From a virus (lineage: Duplodnaviria; Caudoviricetes): a DNA stretch of 61,592 nucleotides. The notes under the pieces were generated by a model. That model searched no databases and was not told the DNA's origin. It saw only the letters and a list, made by a program, of their open reading frames with translations. The number at the start of each line of letters is the position of its first letter. Position 1 is the stretch's first letter. This document shows, piece after piece, positions 21,701 to 30,039 of this stretch. The position numbers and the translations under genes are program-made. The stretch covers positions 1 through 61,592 of IMG/VR virus record IMGVR_UViG_3300032561_000023; one strand, 5' to 3'.

Positions 21701-24700
21701 GTCATTGACTACAACATCTAGCGATAGTTTCACAGTAAGCTATTACTACAATACTGCTAAGTGTGTACGTGATACTACAAACTTTATTAACGCATTGATA
21801 TATGACTTAAATTACACAGGTAACTATAAGTCAATGAGAGCGGCTGAGCTTTATGTTAATGCTATTACAGGTTCGTTGACACAAAACTTCTACCTAGTAA
21901 GAAATGCTTGCGGTATACGTAACCAAACAATGAACGGTTTGACAGGCACACTAAGTTCTGCAAACGCTTATGGTACAAAACGTCCAACAGCAGGTGCTTA
22001 TACAAGTTTAGATCCAGGATTTGGTCCAAACGATAGTAACTCATGGGTATTCTCACGTAGTACATTCGTACAAAACTGTACAATGTTTGGATATGCATGT
22101 TCTGGTGCAAAAGTTGACGGAGCATTACACGCTGGCGGTTACAAGTCGATGGTTGCTAACGACTATACTTGTGTAATTGGTGATGGTATTGGTTGGTGGA
22201 CAACAGGTACCGGTTCATTATCAGAACTTGTTTCAGTGTTTAACTACTACTCATACGCAGGTTACTTGAGTGAGCTAGGCGGACGCATTCGTGCTACTAA
22301 CGGTAACAGCTCATATGGTACATACGGTGTTATTGCTGAAGGCGTTGATACATACGAAACTCCAATTTACGGTACAGTAAACAACAGAAGTTTTGGTCCA
22401 CAAATTACCAACGTACTTACAGATAGTACAACACAAATTTTACGTCTAGAGTATGAAAATGCCGGACAAAACTATACAAACGCCGTACCAGTAGTAAGCG
22501 GATCTGGTTACAACATTATTTCATATCAAGATGAATATCGCGATGCCGCAGTATTTGAAACACGTTTAATCGACCTTAACAATGGTCAAGGTGTTGGCGG
22601 TTCAGCTTATGTTAGCGCAGTAAACGTTGGTCAAACTAATACATTAGGTGTTGGTTACCATCAAATTGCGGCGGCTGATACAGCATTGACTAGTGCATAC
22701 AACGGTATGAGAATCTTAATTACTGCTGGTACAGGTGTTGGACAATATGCAAATATTTTAACATACACTAACGGTAGTAAAATTGCACAGATTGTTCGTC
22801 CAACATTTGTAACATTAACAGTTACAGGTTCAACAACTACAGTATTGCAAGTTGCAAGTACAAGTACATTATATGTAAATCAACCAATATACCTAAGTGC
22901 AACAACAGCTGGTGTGTTTAGTGCGTACACAGTTTACTATGTACAGTCTATTCCTAACTTAACAACATTCACATTAAGCGCAACATCAAACGGTGCGGCA
23001 ATTACTGGTTTAACATCAACAAGCGCACAAACTATTAGTTTATATGCCGCTGGTTGGGACCATGTTGTTCCAGGAACACCAATCAATAATACAACTGACT
23101 TAACAAGTGCTTATATTATTGAACCGGCAGTTTCATATACAAGCCCAGGTTATACTGCTACTGCAAGAACATTAAGTTCAAGTGTAAACTGGAGTTCTGT
23201 GGCATCCGGTGCAGGGTACTACATGGCTGTTGCTACAGCTAGTACTGCAACAGCATACAGCACAACTGGTAAAACATGGACAGCAGGTGGAGCATTGCCA
23301 AGTTCGACAACATGGAATAACGTTGTATTTGGCGGCGGATCTGGCGCTCAAGCAACTGTTACATTAGGCGGTTTTGGTGGATCTGGTGCAGTATTAACAG
23401 CAACTTTAGGATCTGGATTAACAGCAGGTCAGGTTGTTAGTGTAACTGTTGTTAACGGTGGATATAACTACACAACAGCACCAACAGTTCAATTTGTTGG
23501 TTCTGGTACAGGAGCGGCCGCAACAGCAGTTGTTCTTAACGGTGTAATTCAATCGGTCACTGTTACAGTTAACGGTTCTGGTTATGCTTCAGCTCCAACA
23601 GTTAACGTAGTAACAAGTGCAGTAACAGCAGTAACTCCAATTACATGGGGACGTGGTTATCAAACAACTCCAACAGTTGTTATTGCTCCTCCATTCAGCG
23701 GTACAGTTTGGAGTAACGGTGGAAGTGTAACAAGTGGACAATATTACTATTACTACTATGCTACAACACAAGCAACTAACTACTACCTTGCAACATCAAG
23801 CGGAACATTTAGTTCAACACCTCCATCATTCACATCTGGTACAGGTGCATCAGGAACTTATGGTGTAAACTTAACTTATGTCGGTACACAAGCAACTGTA
23901 ACACCGACATTGACTAATACAGGTGTAAGTAGCTATGCTATTAACCAAATTGGTTATGGTTATACAAGCACACCAACTATTACAATTACAGACTTAGCGG
24001 CAAAATTTGTTGCAATTTCTGGAACTACTGCAACTGCATATCTTGCTCCGAGTAGCATTGGATCTGCATGGACAGCAGGCAACGGTTTACCAACAGCAGG
24101 CTTTACAGGCCTAGCATATGGTAACGGTGTATATGTTGCTGTTGGTATCTATTCAGGAACTAGTGCTATTGCATCGAGTACTGATGGTATTACTTGGGTT
24201 AACAGAACTGCTCCAGGCGTTGCTACTCAAGTATACAGTTCTGTAGCATTTGGACAAATGGGCCCAGGATCAAGCGCAACAACAACAGGTATGTTTGTTG
24301 CAGTTACATCTGGTTCTAACGTAACAGCCTATAGTACAAACGGCGTTTCATGGGTAGCTGGCGGTAACTTACCAAGTGTTGCTAGCTGGTCAAGTGTAAC
24401 ATACGGTAACGGACGTTTTGTTGCAGTAGCATCTGGTAGCAACTTAACTGCTTACAGTAACAACGGTGGTGTTACATGGTATGCAAGTACAGCTAACGGC
24501 GGATCAAACTTACCATTATCACAAAACTGGAGTGGTGTAAAATACGCAGAAGGATTGTTTGTAGCAACAGCTACTAGCCCAACTCCAACAGTTACTACAA
24601 CTACTCCTGTTTCAAACGTGATTACTTTGTCAAGTACAGCTGGTATTAACATTGGTAACACTTTTGTACCAACAGCAGTAACACAAAGTACAACAGCAAC

Positions 24701-27700
24701 AGCAAGTTCTAACTCTACTGCAAGTAATAATAACGCAATTATTATTCCAACAACTACAACAGCTGGTACAGTTTTAAGTCCAATGGGAACAACAACTGGT
24801 ACATGGCTTGCAGGTATGGCATTAACTAGTACTGGTACTGTAACATCTGGTACCTGGGTAACTGCTCTTAATGCTGGTACAGTAACAACAACCGGTATTG
24901 CAAGTACTGTTGCAAGTACAACAGGTACAATTGGTGCATCAATTACAGGTTCAGGTACATTTGCCAGTCCATGGGTTGCAACAATTAGCGGTTTAAGTAG
25001 TGTTGCAACATTCGTAGTTGGCGCACAAATTACTGCAACATCAGGAACAGGTACATTATATGGTAGTACACCAACTAGTGTAACAGTAACAAGTATTGTT
25101 AACTCAACAACTATTACATATTCTGTAGTTGGCGGTACAACACCAACAGCAGGTACAGTAACCAACATCAGTCAAACTGTATTGACAGCAAGCGCATCGA
25201 GCAACTTGTTACCAGGTATGGCTTTAACTGGCGGTGCTGTAACAGCAAGTTATGTAGCTGGACAGATTAGTTCAACAGGTACAGCATTAGCAACAGCATT
25301 GTTCACTGGAACAACTGGAACTAACACAATCGTTCTAAGTTCGTTCACAGTTGGTACTATTGCTTCTGTGGCAGTTGGACAATTTGTTGCTCCAATAGCA
25401 GGTATTCCAGCTAACACATTTGTTACAGCGGTTAACACAACTACAAGCACAATCACTATTAGTGCTAACTTGTATAGTTCAATTTCTGGATCAACTAGCA
25501 CTTATGCGGCTGGTACTGGTGCTGGAACTTATGCGTTAACTCCGTTAACAACTGGTACAATTACTGGAACACCAACTACAGGTACAAGTTATTCAGTAAG
25601 TATTACTCAAACACAGGCCGCGGCTACTGTAACCGGTACGCAAAACTCAATTACAGTTGGTAGTACAGCTGGTATGGTTGCAGGCGAATCAATTGTATTC
25701 ACTGGAACAAGTTTTGGTAACATTGTAGCAAGCACAACATACTACATTACTGAAGTTATTAGCTCAACATTGTTATCAGTTAGTTCAACTTACGGTGGTA
25801 CAAACTTTGTAGTAACTGCTGGTTCAGGTACAATGACTGCAACTGCTGGTTCTGTACTAGGCGGTTTAACTTCAGGTACAACATATTATGTTGTAAGTGT
25901 AAGTGGTAACCAAATTACAGTAAGTTTAAGTAACACATTAACTCCAGTATACTCTGTATCAAGTGGTAACGGTTCATGGAATAGCTTAACTGGTAACAAC
26001 TTTGCGGCAACAAGTTGGGATGGTTTAAACTGGACTCAACAGTTATTGCCAACAAACGCAAGTTGGAGTGCTCCAGCATTTGGTAATATTCAAGCAAGTA
26101 ACGTTGGATATAATCCATTATGGGTAACACTAGCACAGGCTGTACCTGGTACAATTATTTCTGTAGCAAGTTCATCTGGTACAACATTAACTTTAGGCTC
26201 TGCGGCTACACTAGTTGCAGGCCAAGCAATTACATTTGGTACAAGTTTTGGTAACATTGTTGCTGGAACAATTTACTATGTACAAGCATCCATTACTTCA
26301 AGTACAAGTTTAACAATTAGTGCAACATACCTAGGAGGTGCGTTCACAGTTGGAACAGCATCTATTGCAAGTATTGGTACTGTTCTATCTACAACTACTG
26401 CGGCAAGTATGCATACTGGCGCAACACCATTAGGTCGTGCAAAAGTAGCAAGTGGTGCAATTACTGAAATTCGTATGATTGAACCAGGTAGCGGTTTCCC
26501 TAAAGGTAACGTTACTGCAACTACATCAGGAACTAACATTATTACTGTAGATAATACAGAAAACTTAATTGCTTTACAACCAGTAGAGTTTAATACAGTT
26601 AGTGCTGGAGGTTTATCAGTTCAAACAACTTACTATGTAATTGGTTCAAGCATTACTTCTAACTCGTTCCAAGTTGCGGCATCGGCGGCTCTAGCGACAA
26701 TTGGTACAGCAGTAACTTTAACAACAAGTAGTCCAACTGGAATGATTTATACGGCTAGTCCGATTGTAACTATTACTGATCCAAACCACGTTAATACTGC
26801 GGCTACTCGTGTACGTACAGGCGACGGTGTACTAGGTAACCCAAGTTTCCCTAACCGTGGTGCTGGTAACGCGACTGCAACTGCAAGTTCAGGTGGTGAT
26901 GGTTATGCAGATATCTATCAAAACACAGCATACATTAACATCGCTGGATTATATGCAATTCCACAAGCTGGTGCAAACGTACAGTTCTCAAATATTCCAA
27001 ATGCTTGGTACAAACTAGTTATTGTAACCAACCAGTTGGGACAAGCAGGAAACTACACAGCACAGTTCCAAGTTAGCCCAAGTTTAACAACTTACCTTGC
27101 TCCAAACCATGGTGTACTAGTTACAACAAGATTGAAGTACAGTCAGGTTCGTTTAACTGGACATGACTTCTTGTATGTAGGTTCGGGTAACCAAACACAA
27201 ACAAACTATCCAAACGTTACAACTGCTAACGCAATACAAGCCAACCAAACATTCCCAAATATTGGTGGTCGTGTGTTCTTTACAGCTACTGACCAAGACG
27301 GTAACTTTAACGTTGGTAACTTGTTCGGTGTACAACAAGCGACTGGTACTGCTACATTGAATGCTAACGCATTTAACTTAGCTGGTTTGCAGAGCTTGAC
27401 ACTTGGTTCTGTTAACTTAGGAGTTGGTTCAGCAACTATTACACAATTTAGTACTGATCCTTACTTTACTGCTAACAGTGACAACATTCTACCAACACAA
27501 AAGGCTATTAAGAGCTTTATTACAGCCCAAATTGGTGGCGGATCAAGTAGTTTGAACGTAAATACACTAACATCTGGTCAAATCTATGTTGCAAATAACA
27601 GCATTTCTAACATTAACGGAACCCAGATTTATGTCAGCAGTAAAATGCTGTTCACAGGCGGAATTGATGGGGCACCTGTTGCTCTTGTATTCTTTGCATC

Positions 27701-27707
27701 AAGATAA
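15744..27707 (+). CDS. Giant modular virion structural protein (3987 aa), paralog of 7376..15709
   Basis: Same N-terminus (EFK.GR..F...G.W), same domain order and near-identical C-terminal block (GRVFFTATDQDGNFNVGNLFGVQQATG). Confidence 0.75.
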   Translation: MAEFKLGRIKFVYQGTWTIGTSYVVDDVVTVGGKTYICTQSNTASALFATDLNSGYWSIVADGSRWTGNWANSTYYLVGDQVLYGGIIYQCTTAHTSASSTATLTATAATANGTTATITFNALSSNIQPFLVGASITVSGFTAQSAFNGTYTVTACTPTTVSYALSQTLTGTVMGTVSGTGTLGLEVNQTSWTAFANNLNWTNTWSTNTRYKVRDLVSYGGYTYLCNTAHVSANTTASGLEANQSSWDVFNAGIAYQGAWSGSSVHYRLNDIVKYGASLWICTTPHTSTSTFATANFSVFVNGLEYVTGSWSGSTTYVTGDIVNYGGNLYTAIAVNTNQIPSTQSASWQIFNQGFSFVGDWSNALSYKVGQVVRQGGYTYLCTADNTVLTITATATTSGTNSVTVSSTTGLAAGVPIIFTGTSFGNITSGTQFYILSVIDSTHITLSATSGGAVLNVTSATGSLTGVTQVQPPFTGYWTRLNSGIRWNPGTATYTNIAGTNITGSGTGATFDITASKTYYTVTVHSGSAGSGYASTNTIKILGSQVGGISPANDITITVTGVSTGAISTITSTGYSVTWVSGATYVLGDTVYFGANTYICVSAHTSLTGNRPDNDATGAYWNVLASGAESAVLTTQGDMFYYGSTGPTRLPIGTDGQVLRVNGNVPAWQYYGQINNIVYVGPAGVDTVAASQGTSIDKPWATIRYACYQVENGYLNTNSTALLQLNKQFLLKEINNYVYYQYSFNVTGTSSTTLTVGGSSSVAQTTTTNMYVGMPIVFTTSSGSIVAGTVYYVQAIGSSTTFSISATFGGSVFTVGTGTANVGTYSYNQAKTERDTGIIVDGLISDIGRGGTLKTTQAVQAYFATSSSFATNVNSYDIVPFVSALNYLGTLAGNVLANTAPGTNYQTVLGVPSGSRAQQQINTTYTAETTIPARILQLLAIITGPLQLGNTNSLLPAVTPNTTIFVKTGTYNEVLPIVVPAYTAIIGDELRGTVVQPANANLNLVNDRPKSINSLTRIQSLIPNLLQNTVITGTTGNTQVLATTATTGTGTVATISFATQTSAPFVVGQYITVSGVTPSGYNGSYVVTAVTTNSVSYANTTTASQSVAGIVSSQVTGLPAGDVGSTTAVNTVNTNVQLINNMIYNGLPQTPAFSIPAVTNYNTYYLNGFSYGVTQLQNNYNFIKAEIAAYLNTYYSSVWTTFGSTNQTETLRDVGFVVDGLQYDMAYGCNNQSIINGSSYYSLNIPQILTAYSPATVGALQRLQAIVSQIVQGQSVTATSGNSVTQSTGGSAGSAAAGAFAGARVADVIYWLQNGYANSTVNNITGSISGTTLTVTAATSTVATGALLTGTVLTTTATATNSGTGLVSLASTTGLSAGMAITFTATYGSGNQSTFGGLSQTTYTINTVSAGSGVTLYNYGTSTPATLTTGTGLMTATAGVAPGTYIVNQITSIASAQAATTLASGGSSGTNTFVVSSATGIAAGQLVTGTGIPAGSYVISTYTSGTTVTLVTAAGAPSNFTTNGSGAYLFYPAGSTGTYTVNVSQTITGIALSTNATFTPITSGAFSFASSTALQTAYNALVARQSEIASDAQAWVAKYNQAYNISATLSNRDAGYISTALAYDILFGSNFNSIACGRAFNRLNTSAQALLANTNNELYATTGAITFIGFKAKEIAASGATVQASTLIDDIVTKINGQVTTTLSTATTSTNVLTVASTTGMAVNMPITFTGLPSPITTTATITATSTNLITVANSTGFAVGQQIYFTSTVFGNIVPSQLYYIASLSGSTITVSLTYGGAAVALVNGTGSMNVTVNNAGGLWNNNTYWINSIPSGTTITITNSFKSGTPYTITNTVTSMTAAVTAGATVTWPYSNNPMINGSLTYNDTLTTIQGAEILRANISFLAYEAAAYTLASYGGTVTATTSSTNVFTTSSNHNFVVGDPVVFSGTVAGGVVAGTTYYVLTVPNSTTFSVSSTQAGTGTQAALSLTTTSSDSFTVSYYYNTAKCVRDTTNFINALIYDLNYTGNYKSMRAAELYVNAITGSLTQNFYLVRNACGIRNQTMNGLTGTLSSANAYGTKRPTAGAYTSLDPGFGPNDSNSWVFSRSTFVQNCTMFGYACSGAKVDGALHAGGYKSMVANDYTCVIGDGIGWWTTGTGSLSELVSVFNYYSYAGYLSELGGRIRATNGNSSYGTYGVIAEGVDTYETPIYGTVNNRSFGPQITNVLTDSTTQILRLEYENAGQNYTNAVPVVSGSGYNIISYQDEYRDAAVFETRLIDLNNGQGVGGSAYVSAVNVGQTNTLGVGYHQIAAADTALTSAYNGMRILITAGTGVGQYANILTYTNGSKIAQIVRPTFVTLTVTGSTTTVLQVASTSTLYVNQPIYLSATTAGVFSAYTVYYVQSIPNLTTFTLSATSNGAAITGLTSTSAQTISLYAAGWDHVVPGTPINNTTDLTSAYIIEPAVSYTSPGYTATARTLSSSVNWSSVASGAGYYMAVATASTATAYSTTGKTWTAGGALPSSTTWNNVVFGGGSGAQATVTLGGFGGSGAVLTATLGSGLTAGQVVSVTVVNGGYNYTTAPTVQFVGSGTGAAATAVVLNGVIQSVTVTVNGSGYASAPTVNVVTSAVTAVTPITWGRGYQTTPTVVIAPPFSGTVWSNGGSVTSGQYYYYYYATTQATNYYLATSSGTFSSTPPSFTSGTGASGTYGVNLTYVGTQATVTPTLTNTGVSSYAINQIGYGYTSTPTITITDLAAKFVAISGTTATAYLAPSSIGSAWTAGNGLPTAGFTGLAYGNGVYVAVGIYSGTSAIASSTDGITWVNRTAPGVATQVYSSVAFGQMGPGSSATTTGMFVAVTSGSNVTAYSTNGVSWVAGGNLPSVASWSSVTYGNGRFVAVASGSNLTAYSNNGGVTWYASTANGGSNLPLSQNWSGVKYAEGLFVATATSPTPTVTTTTPVSNVITLSSTAGINIGNTFVPTAVTQSTTATASSNSTASNNNAIIIPTTTTAGTVLSPMGTTTGTWLAGMALTSTGTVTSGTWVTALNAGTVTTTGIASTVASTTGTIGASITGSGTFASPWVATISGLSSVATFVVGAQITATSGTGTLYGSTPTSVTVTSIVNSTTITYSVVGGTTPTAGTVTNISQTVLTASASSNLLPGMALTGGAVTASYVAGQISSTGTALATALFTGTTGTNTIVLSSFTVGTIASVAVGQFVAPIAGIPANTFVTAVNTTTSTITISANLYSSISGSTSTYAAGTGAGTYALTPLTTGTITGTPTTGTSYSVSITQTQAAATVTGTQNSITVGSTAGMVAGESIVFTGTSFGNIVASTTYYITEVISSTLLSVSSTYGGTNFVVTAGSGTMTATAGSVLGGLTSGTTYYVVSVSGNQITVSLSNTLTPVYSVSSGNGSWNSLTGNNFAATSWDGLNWTQQLLPTNASWSAPAFGNIQASNVGYNPLWVTLAQAVPGTIISVASSSGTTLTLGSAATLVAGQAITFGTSFGNIVAGTIYYVQASITSSTSLTISATYLGGAFTVGTASIASIGTVLSTTTAASMHTGATPLGRAKVASGAITEIRMIEPGSGFPKGNVTATTSGTNIITVDNTENLIALQPVEFNTVSAGGLSVQTTYYVIGSSITSNSFQVAASAALATIGTAVTLTTSSPTGMIYTASPIVTITDPNHVNTAATRVRTGDGVLGNPSFPNRGAGNATATASSGGDGYADIYQNTAYINIAGLYAIPQAGANVQFSNIPNAWYKLVIVTNQLGQAGNYTAQFQVSPSLTTYLAPNHGVLVTTRLKYSQVRLTGHDFLYVGSGNQTQTNYPNVTTANAIQANQTFPNIGGRVFFTATDQDGNFNVGNLFGVQQATGTATLNANAFNLAGLQSLTLGSVNLGVGSATITQFSTDPYFTANSDNILPTQKAIKSFITAQIGGGSSSLNVNTLTSGQIYVANNSISNINGTQIYVSSKMLFTGGIDGAPVALVFFASR

Positions 27708-27729
27708 AACATTATTGGAGAAATAAAAA

Positions 27730-28068
27730 ATGGCTGGATCAGGAAATAAAGCAACGACACAATTAAACGCAGGTAGCCAAACAGCTTACAGTTTAATTTA
27801 CACAGTACCAACAGGCTACTATGGTGTTTATAACATTTCGTTTACAAACACAAGTAGCTCTGCGGCAACTATCAGATTATATATTGGAGCAAGTACAGCG
27901 GGTTCACAAAACGCAAGCGAATGCTACGAATATCTAACTACAGTTGTAGGCTATGGTGTATTTGAACGTACTGGTATTGTTATGGCCGCAGGTGCTAACA
28001 TCGTTGCATCTTCAAGCATTGCCGGTGTGAACGTTAACGTTTACGGCATTGAAACATCAACATCATAA
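27730..28068 (+). CDS. Small beta-rich structural protein (paralog 3 of 3)
   Basis: 112 aa with GGAG SD. Sequence IYTVP...NISFTNTSSSAATIRLYI...ERTGIVM. Confidence 0.55.
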   Translation: MAGSGNKATTQLNAGSQTAYSLIYTVPTGYYGVYNISFTNTSSSAATIRLYIGASTAGSQNASECYEYLTTVVGYGVFERTGIVMAAGANIVASSSIAGVNVNVYGIETSTS

Positions 28069-28092
28069 TCAGGAAATAAGCGAGAATAAAAT

Positions 28093-30036
28093 ATGGCACG
28101 TTATAATACCACACTAGCGACAGAAATAGTCTCTGGAGCACAAACACTCTTGTCACCAGCACAAGGTGGATACACAGAATTTCAAGGTACTGCACCTTAT
28201 ACTGTAACAATTCCAGGACCATCGTTGTTCCTAGGTCAGACACAAAGTTATTTTAATAACACATCTGGCATAGTTACACTTCAAACGCCAGCTGGTGTCA
28301 TTAACGGTCCTGGTTCAACAAGTTCTAACACAATAGCTTTGCCAGCAGGTAGCAGTATTATTATTGCATCTGATGGCACAAACTACAGCGTTATTACTTT
28401 TCCAGGCGGCCCACAATATGGAGTTACTGGAACATTTTCAAGCGATTTAATTAGTACCAACACAGGTACTGTTAACGTTTTTAATACTAACGCAACAGCA
28501 ATCAACGCATTTGGTAATGCAAGTACAATTAACATTGGTTCAAGTACTGGTACAACAACAATTAATAACTCACTATTAGTTAAGGGCGGTATTACTACAG
28601 TTAACTCAAGTTCAGTATTAGTTGAAGACAAGAACATTGAAATTGGTTATGTTAACCCAGTTAGTTATGGTGGCGGTACTATTGGTACTATTACTGGTTC
28701 ATTGGGCTCGAGTACAACATTTACAAGTATTACTGGTACTAAAGTAACAGCCGCAAGTACATATAGTGGTGTTAGTCAATTCGCAACAAGTGGTGTTGGT
28801 ACCGGTGCAACATTTAACATAACAACTACTGGTGCAGGTACAACATATACTGGCGTAACTACAATTACATTAGTTAACCCGGGTTCAGGATATGCAATTA
28901 ACGATACAATTACTATTGGTGGTAGTTCTTTAGGCGGTACAACTAGCCCAAACAACTTAACATTTACAGTTAGTAACGTAATTTACTCACCATGGACTGC
29001 AACTGTTACTCTTATGACCAACACAACCAACTTGGTCGCTGGTCAATCAGTTAGTGCAACTAACGGTACAGGTAGCTTAGGAGGCGGCGGTACAAGTTAT
29101 ATTATTTCTAACGTTCCAAGTTCAACAAGTATACAAGTAACTGCAACAGGTGGTACAACTCCAACAGCAGGTACTATTACAGCAATTATTCCAGGTAGTG
29201 CTGATACATTTGCCAACGGCGGCGGCATTAAATTATACGGATCAACTAATCACTTATTAACATGGAACAGCGCCGCAAACGGACCAGCTAACGGTAACCA
29301 AAACCCAGCATGGGTAAGTACTGAAGGTTTAATGATTAGTACTTCTAACGGTTTTGGTATTCAAAATACCGGTAACGTTAACTTTAACATTTTAACCAAC
29401 GGACAGGCAACAGGTACTGTATCTATTGCAACTAACGCGGGTACAGGTAACTTGTTTACTAACGCAAGTTCGGGCGTTTCAATTGGTGCTAGCGGTGGTA
29501 CTGCTACAATTAGTAACACTAACCTTACAGTTGGACAGTCTGGTGGTACAGTTACTTTCAACGGTATTACAACTTTCACAATGAACAGCGTAACATCGTT
29601 TAACTTAACTGGCGGTGGTACAATGAACGCTGGTAGTACATATGGTTATTTTAGTTCTCTAGGCGTTGGTACTAACACTAACGGTGGCGGCGGTACAATT
29701 TATGCTTCAAACAACATTGTTGCTTACTATTCTGATGATAGATTAAAGACACGTTTGGGCAAAATTGAAGATGCTCTTGCTAAATTAGAAACATTAAATG
29801 GTTTCTACTTCGAAGCTAACCAAACTGCTCAAGATTTGGGCTATACCGTTCAACGTGAAGTTGGAGTTTCGGCTCAAGAAGTCAACGCAATCCTGCCAGA
29901 AATTATTAAACCAGCTCCGATTGACGCTAAGTACATGACAGTTCAATACGAAAAGTTATTACCTTTAGTAATTGAAGCAGTTAAGGAATTGTCAGCCCAA
30001 GTTAAAGAATTGAAAAAACAAATTAACAAAGAGTAA
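28093..30036 (+). CDS. Tail fibre protein with C-terminal intramolecular chaperone (peptidase S74-like)
   Basis: C-terminus YSDDRLKT...GVSAQEV..ILPEII...V.YEKLLPLVIEAVKELSAQVKELK is the S74 autocleavage/coiled-coil signature. The shaft is Gly/Thr-rich. Confidence 0.85.
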   Translation: MARYNTTLATEIVSGAQTLLSPAQGGYTEFQGTAPYTVTIPGPSLFLGQTQSYFNNTSGIVTLQTPAGVINGPGSTSSNTIALPAGSSIIIASDGTNYSVITFPGGPQYGVTGTFSSDLISTNTGTVNVFNTNATAINAFGNASTINIGSSTGTTTINNSLLVKGGITTVNSSSVLVEDKNIEIGYVNPVSYGGGTIGTITGSLGSSTTFTSITGTKVTAASTYSGVSQFATSGVGTGATFNITTTGAGTTYTGVTTITLVNPGSGYAINDTITIGGSSLGGTTSPNNLTFTVSNVIYSPWTATVTLMTNTTNLVAGQSVSATNGTGSLGGGGTSYIISNVPSSTSIQVTATGGTTPTAGTITAIIPGSADTFANGGGIKLYGSTNHLLTWNSAANGPANGNQNPAWVSTEGLMISTSNGFGIQNTGNVNFNILTNGQATGTVSIATNAGTGNLFTNASSGVSIGASGGTATISNTNLTVGQSGGTVTFNGITTFTMNSVTSFNLTGGGTMNAGSTYGYFSSLGVGTNTNGGGGTIYASNNIVAYYSDDRLKTRLGKIEDALAKLETLNGFYFEANQTAQDLGYTVQREVGVSAQEVNAILPEIIKPAPIDAKYMTVQYEKLLPLVIEAVKELSAQVKELKKQINKE

Positions 30037-30039
30037 AAA

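Noticed and set aside
23743-23760. Run of six Tyr codons in the giant protein
   Set aside because: Mixed TAT/TAC codons, in frame, with no sign of phase variation.
4576-29579. Many antisense ORFs rich in Val/Pro/Leu (e.g. 4576..5148, 24452..25168) and Cys-rich ones (18864..19058, 23589..23771)
   Set aside because: They are shadows of the ACN/GGT/AAC-biased codons on the coding strand, with no SD or recognisable motifs. The Cys-rich ones are reverse reads of ACA/GCA runs, not further precursors.
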